From an uncultured Methylomirabilota bacterium (lineage in GTDB: Bacteria; Methylomirabilota; Methylomirabilia; Methylomirabilales; 2-02-FULL-66-22), in assembly GCA_963705305.1 (NCBI GenBank), contig OY970067.1:2240001-2304000 (forward strand): DNA of 64,000 bases, in the 5' to 3' direction. The translations under genes were made by a program, and so were the position numbers. The first letter of the stretch is position 1, and every line of letters starts with the position of its first letter. The notes under the pieces are model-generated. The model worked only from the letters and a program-made list of their open reading frames with translations, was not told the DNA's origin and made no database searches. Of the stretch, positions 59,308 to 64,000 are shown one piece after another.

Positions 59308-59744
59308 TGGAGGAATGGAGGTGTCCTTGGGCGCTCCTCCTTCATGAGCTCCTTGGCTGGAGGGCCGCTTTTTGATATCTGATATAAGTCATATGCGATT
59401 TCCTTCGCCCTCAGAAAGCGGAAGTGCCCGAAGGTCGACCGTGCCCGCATTGCCCCGCCTATCCGGACCCTCGTCGAGCGCTGGCGTGCGATCCGCCTGC
59501 GGCGGAATCTTCGGTCCCCGTTCTTGTGAAGGGAAGCCTCGAATGGCAGAACGCCAATTTTTCTCCAAGAATCGGCGTGTTCTGTTCGGAGGGGAGAATA
59601 GCGGGAGGGGCCCCAGCGAGCTTCGAACGAGCGAGATAAGTGCGCCGCGTCCCGGCGACGACCCGACTGACTATCGAGAGTCCTCGGGGCGCCACGGGCC
59701 TCCGTGTAATCTCTCCTAGCAATAATGCAACTTTGGATGCAACG

Positions 59745-59990
59745 TCCCCTCGACGCGAGCTGGGCGAAGCGGCGGGCCCCGGTGAAGAAAGCCAGGAGGA
59801 TCTGGTGCGGCGGCGTGGCGTTGGGCGAGGGGACTTCCAACGAGAGTGCGGCCTCCAGGGTCTGCGCGACCCCGATCCACTGGGCGGACGCGAGGAACAG
59901 TGCCAGGCCCCCGAACACCGTCACCGGCTTATCCGTGAAGGTGCCACCGATTGCTTTCTGGCCGCCCATGGGCGTAAATTCGGCCTGCAT
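59745..59990 (-). mobile_element. N-terminal remnant of an IS1380-like transposase
   Basis: FTDKPVTVFGGLALF...SPNATPPHQILLAFFTGARRFAQL resembles DDE_Tnp_1_4 N-termini; AAGGAGG RBS; no DDE core. Confidence 0.62.
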
Positions 59991-60173
59991 CGTTTTGTCC
60001 CTCCTTCGCTAGGGCGTGATGTCTCGCAACCGCACGCGAGAGGAGGTCCCGGGCAAAACGATGCACTTTTTTGACTGCAACGTCTGGGAGAATTGTTGTT
60101 GGCCGCCGGCTTCATGTAGTCGAGGGCCCGAACGGAGTTCAGGCTGAACGGTCCGAACGGGAAGGAGAGAGCG

Positions 60174-61064
60174 ATGCACGTTGGCTTCGTAGGCACCGGT
60201 AACATGGGCGGACCCATGGCGACCAATGTCCTCAAGGCAGGCCATCAACTCACCGTTTTCGACGCGCGCACGGAGGCAACCGCGCCGCTTCAGAAGCTCG
60301 GGGCGCGCCGCGCGCCCGATCTTCCCGCGGTCGCAGCTGCGGTGGAGGTGACCCTGACCAGCCTGCCGAACGACGCCAGCGTGGAGGAGGTGCTGTTGGG
60401 CTCCGCAGGGACGCCGGGTCTGATCGCCGGCGCTCACGCCGGCCACGTGGTGTTCGACCTGAGCACCGTGAGCCCCGACACGACGCGGCGGCTGGCGGCC
60501 CGAACCGCGGAGCGCGGGGTTCGGCTCATCGACGCGCCGGTGAGTGGCAGCGTGAGCGGCGCCGTCGCCGGAACGCTTGCCGTGATGATCGGCGCGCCGG
60601 CCCACGACGTTGCGCCCTACGAGAGCGTCCTGCGCGCGATCGGCAAGAACCTCTTCTGCCTGGGCGAGCCGGGCCGGGGCAACATCTTGAAACTCCTCAA
60701 CAACTACGTGTCGCTCACCAACCAGGCAGCCCTCTGCGAGGCGATGGCGCTCGCCGATCGCCTGGGCGTCGACCGGCAGACTGTCGGCGAGGTGCTCACC
60801 CGCGCCTCGGGCGCGAGCTTCATTCTGGAGCGCAAGCTCTCCGCCCTTGTTGCCCACGACTATCGGGCCGGCTTCTTCGTCGACCTCGCCTGGAAGGACC
60901 TGCGCCTGGCCCTCGAGTTGGCCGAGCGCGCAGGCGCTCGCACTGAAGTCGCAAGGCAGGCGTGCGAGCTGTACGGAGAGGCGAGCCGGGCCGGCTTCGG
61001 CCGACTCGACAGCTCAGGACTGCTGAGCCTCCTCGAGCCGTCGCCAGCGCCTAAACCGATCTGA
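60174..61064 (+). CDS. NAD(P)-dependent beta-hydroxyacid dehydrogenase (MmsB/GarR family)
   Basis: GFVGTGNMGGPMA, DLSTVSP, DAPVSG, KLLNN, KDLRLA. Confidence 0.92.
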   Translation: MHVGFVGTGNMGGPMATNVLKAGHQLTVFDARTEATAPLQKLGARRAPDLPAVAAAVEVTLTSLPNDASVEEVLLGSAGTPGLIAGAHAGHVVFDLSTVSPDTTRRLAARTAERGVRLIDAPVSGSVSGAVAGTLAVMIGAPAHDVAPYESVLRAIGKNLFCLGEPGRGNILKLLNNYVSLTNQAALCEAMALADRLGVDRQTVGEVLTRASGASFILERKLSALVAHDYRAGFFVDLAWKDLRLALELAERAGARTEVARQACELYGEASRAGFGRLDSSGLLSLLEPSPAPKPI

Positions 61065-61680
61065 CCTTCGAGCTGGTAGAGCGCCGAACCCCGCGCTCCA
61101 GCGGATCGGTGGCTCGCGGTGCTCGCTCCTCTAATACGGGACCCGGCCGTTTCTTTGCCGTAAAGGAAAATCTCTCCTCTGGATGCGAACGCATCCTCCC
61201 CGGCGGACTGACTTCCTGCACCTGCATCACTCCCAGGTGGTCTTTCGTGCCCCGGAATCGGCATCCGCTGGCGCTTGACCCCGACAGACTGGCTGGGTAT
61301 CCTAGCCTTGAACCGAAAGAACTGTTGAACCGCCATGACGCCAAGGCTCGCCCGTGTATGGATCCCGGCGGTTTTGCTTCAAGGCACTGGAACGCCCCCC
61401 AGGGGAGGTGACGCGGTTCCAGTCCTTTGGCATGTTGCCCATTCCAGCCGTGTCATTCGTGGCGCCTTGGCGGTGAGAGATCTTCGGAGTGGGGCGAGCA
61501 CCGCCGGCCGCGGCGTCAGGCGGCCCCCGGTCCGCGGGTGATCGAGCGGCCCGCCCATCCCTGTCCCCCGCGGACAGGCATCGCTGGGCATCCACTCAGA
61601 GATAGGACTCATAACAGAGATCCGGGGCGAGTCCCAGGCGGGGGCGGCTTGTATCGGCGAGAGAGGAAGGAGCACTGCGC

Positions 61681-62808
61681 GTGGCACGTCCCGATGTGAT
61701 CATCGTCGGCGGGGGGATCATCGGCTGCGCCATCGGATTCCACCTGGCGAAGGCGGGGGTCCACCCGCTGATCCTGGAGCGGAACGAGGTCGCCGCCGAG
61801 GCCTCCAGCGGCGCCGCCGGGATGCTGACCGCCCAGACACACACGGAGGAGGGCGATCCGCTGCTCCCGCTGATGCTTGCGAGTCGGGACCTGTACGCCT
61901 CCCTGGCGGAGGAGCTTTGGGACTGCACCGAGATCGACATCGAGTACCGGCGGCTGGGGCACCTGCTCCCCGCCCTCTCCGAGGAAGAGGACGCGGCGGT
62001 CGAAAAGCGGGTGACCTGGCAGGTCGAGCAGGGGCTTCCGGCCGAGCACCTGGGCGACCGGGAGGCCCGGGAGCTGGAGCCCGGCCTGAGCCCGGAGGTC
62101 CGCGGGGCGGGCTGGTTTCCCGAAGATCACCACGTGAACAACACCGCAGTGACGCAGGCCCTGGCCGCCGCCCTGCTGCGGCTGGGCGGGAAGATTCGCA
62201 CCGGCTGCCCCGTCGTCGATCTCGTTCGCGAGGGGGACCGCGTCGCGGGGGTCCGCACGGCGGACGAGCGCATCGCCGCCGGCCGCGTGATTCTCTGCGC
62301 GGGGGCCTGGTCGAAGGACTTCGAGGGGGCGGCGGGCATCCCGCTGCCGATCTTTCCGGCCAAGGGCCAGATCATCGTGGCCCGGATGGCCACGCCGGCC
62401 GTCCGTCACGTCGTGTACGGGATGGCGGCGTATGCCGTTCCGCGGGCCAGCGGGGAGCACATCATCGGCAGCACGGTGGAGCACGTGGGCTTCGACAAGC
62501 GGGTGACCATCGAGGGGGTCACGGGCATCCTGGCGCACATGACGGCCCAGGTCCCGGCCCTGCGGGAGGCGGAGATGGTGGCGAGCTGGGGCTGTCTCCG
62601 GCCCGCGGCGCCGGACGGCCTCCCCCTCCTGGGCCCAGTGCCAGGCCGCCCAGGCCTCTTCGTGGCCGCCGGCCACTTCCGGCACGGCATCCTGCTCGGG
62701 CCCATCACGGGACAGCTGCTCAGCGAGCTGATCCTTACCGGCAGGTCTTCCATCCCCCTGGATCCCTTCCGTCCCGACCGCCCCTTCCCGCCCGGCCCGC
62801 CGGAATAA
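61681..62808 (+). CDS. thiO: Glycine oxidase / FAD-dependent oxidoreductase
   Basis: GGGIIG, ASSGAAGML, PAKGQ, IGSTVE, LRP, GHFRHGILLGP. Confidence 0.82.
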   Translation: MARPDVIIVGGGIIGCAIGFHLAKAGVHPLILERNEVAAEASSGAAGMLTAQTHTEEGDPLLPLMLASRDLYASLAEELWDCTEIDIEYRRLGHLLPALSEEEDAAVEKRVTWQVEQGLPAEHLGDREARELEPGLSPEVRGAGWFPEDHHVNNTAVTQALAAALLRLGGKIRTGCPVVDLVREGDRVAGVRTADERIAAGRVILCAGAWSKDFEGAAGIPLPIFPAKGQIIVARMATPAVRHVVYGMAAYAVPRASGEHIIGSTVEHVGFDKRVTIEGVTGILAHMTAQVPALREAEMVASWGCLRPAAPDGLPLLGPVPGRPGLFVAAGHFRHGILLGPITGQLLSELILTGRSSIPLDPFRPDRPFPPGPPE

Positions 62809-62970
62809 ATGGCGGTTGCTGATTCAGTGGGTGCAGATTGCGCACCTTGCCTCTTCGATCTCTTGCCTTCGGTTCGCAGGCTCCGCCTCACCCCCTCTCC
62901 CGTGCTCCCCCTCTCCCTGTTCGCTTCCCGCCCCGCCCCTACGCCTCCGCTCCTCTGTGCAACCTGCACC

Positions 62971-64000
62971 TCAGCGTCCTTTCCCCTCGTCGGCCTTGGG
63001 CGGCTGGGACTCCAGGTCCTTGAAGGTCCCGATGAGCGCTTCGGGGATGTCGAGCAGGTTCTGGAAGATGCCGAAGATGTTCCGGCCGACCGATTTCAGG
63101 GGGATCGGCTCGACGCGGGGGTCGTGGAGCGGACCAGTCACATGGTAGTAGGCGACCAGCAGGCTCTTCTCCTTTCCGCCCAGCAGCCAGCCGGCGATGG
63201 GGATGTGGGTGACGAGGGTATCCACGGTCTGCAGCGGCTTGATTGCCACCGTCAGGTCCACGGTGTTGTCGGCGAGGTTGGCCTGGCCGACGGCGTTCAC
63301 CTTCATGGACTGGCTGTCCAGGATCAGATTCTCCGTCTTGAGGACGCCGTCCGTGATGGTCATGTCCGCCGTCAGCTGCTGATACGCCATTCCCTTGCCG
63401 AAGAGATCCGGCACCTGCAGGTGCAGGAGCTGTGAGACATTGAGCAGGGAGAAGATCCGGGCCAGGATGGTGTTGCTTCCGATGCGTCCGTCCCGCATGA
63501 CGAGCTTGAGCTTCCCGTCCAGATGGGACCAGAAATCTGCCTGCGTCTCGCCGTGGCTGGACAGCGTCCCTCCCAGGGAGAGGGCGCCTGTCAGCCCGTC
63601 CTTTCCCTGGTACAGTCCGGCCAGCAGCTGGGCTGCCCGCCCTCCGTCCTCTTGAAATGTCAGGTGAACCTCCCACTGGCTCTCCCGGCGTTGGATCTCC
63701 CCGGCACCCCGGAAGGTCCCCTGGGCCAGACGCGCCTGCCACTGGCGAATCAGGATGCGGTCCCCCCGCAGCTCGAGGGCCGCACGGACGTCCTCGAACG
63801 GGGCGGAGAGCCCCGTCACGGACAGGCCGCACTCTGCGATCTCGAGCGTCCCCTGAAGGCTCGGGGCGTCCAGGGGGCCGGTCGCGCGCACGTCGGCGAT
63901 GGCGAGTCCGGCCGTGGGATGTACGGCCGCCAGCATGCCGTCGAGGGCGGCAAAGGGGAGGTGGCCCGCCACCCGGAGGTCGGTCGCCTGACCGCCGAAC
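62971..64000 (-). CDS. C-terminal part of an AsmA/YhdP-like envelope protein (5' end beyond the window)
   Basis: Beta-rich AsmA-like C-terminus, VTHIPIAGWLLGG, YHVTGPLHDPRV; the frame appears to run off the window edge. Confidence 0.8.
   Translation of the reverse strand, partial: FGGQATDLRVAGHLPFAALDGMLAAVHPTAGLAIADVRATGPLDAPSLQGTLEIAECGLSVTGLSAPFEDVRAALELRGDRILIRQWQARLAQGTFRGAGEIQRRESQWEVHLTFQEDGGRAAQLLAGLYQGKDGLTGALSLGGTLSSHGETQADFWSHLDGKLKLVMRDGRIGSNTILARIFSLLNVSQLLHLQVPDLFGKGMAYQQLTADMTITDGVLKTENLILDSQSMKVNAVGQANLADNTVDLTVAIKPLQTVDTLVTHIPIAGWLLGGKEKSLLVAYYHVTGPLHDPRVEPIPLKSVGRNIFGIFQNLLDIPEALIGTFKDLESQPPKADEGKGR

Noticed and set aside
59340..59430. Possible four-helix-bundle protein fragment (AKEIAYDLYQISKSGPPAKE)
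   Set aside because: Too short to support without a search.
61070..61680. TPP riboswitch or a gene upstream of thiO
   Set aside because: No TPP core motifs found and none of the short ORFs has recognisable features.

Overview
High-GC bacterial chromosomal window; the host may be Methylomirabilota/NC10-like or deltaproteobacteria-like, but that is an impression only. 1-11.5 kb is a surface-polysaccharide cluster (GT2, methyltransferase, asnB-type amidotransferase, ArnT-like GT, two epimerases, GT4, nucleotide-sugar dehydrogenase, WecA/TagO). 11.5-19.4 kb holds maf, an unknown helical-repeat protein, exbBD/tolQR, dedA, DUF47, tatA/B and pdxTS. About 19.6-50.5 kb is a phosphate-starvation island in which I can read nine 11-bp-period Pho-box-like arrays. 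It contains a divergent module (alpha/beta-hydrolase + GH3 acyl-amido synthetase on one side, PHP-GT4 fusion on the other), which is a candidate new phospholipid-replacement system. It also contains phnWX; a C-P lyase operon phnGHIJK(frameshifted)L-IMPase-phnM-HAD-ADH with no phnN/phnP; phnDCEE-MOSC; pstSCAB-phoU; two stand-alone receiver proteins; and phoBR. 50.5-64 kb holds a decayed modE, tupABC, mop, mrp, pdhABC, a tRNA-3'-end-like scar with an IS remnant, a beta-hydroxyacid dehydrogenase, thiO and a partial AsmA/YhdP-like gene. Also present: several internally deleted gene remnants, two copies of a structured ~170-bp repeat, heptamer-repeat hairpins and a 30-bp palindrome inserted in frame in asnB. 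No CRISPR array, rRNA or intact tRNA was seen. All family assignments come from motif recognition by eye, not database searches.
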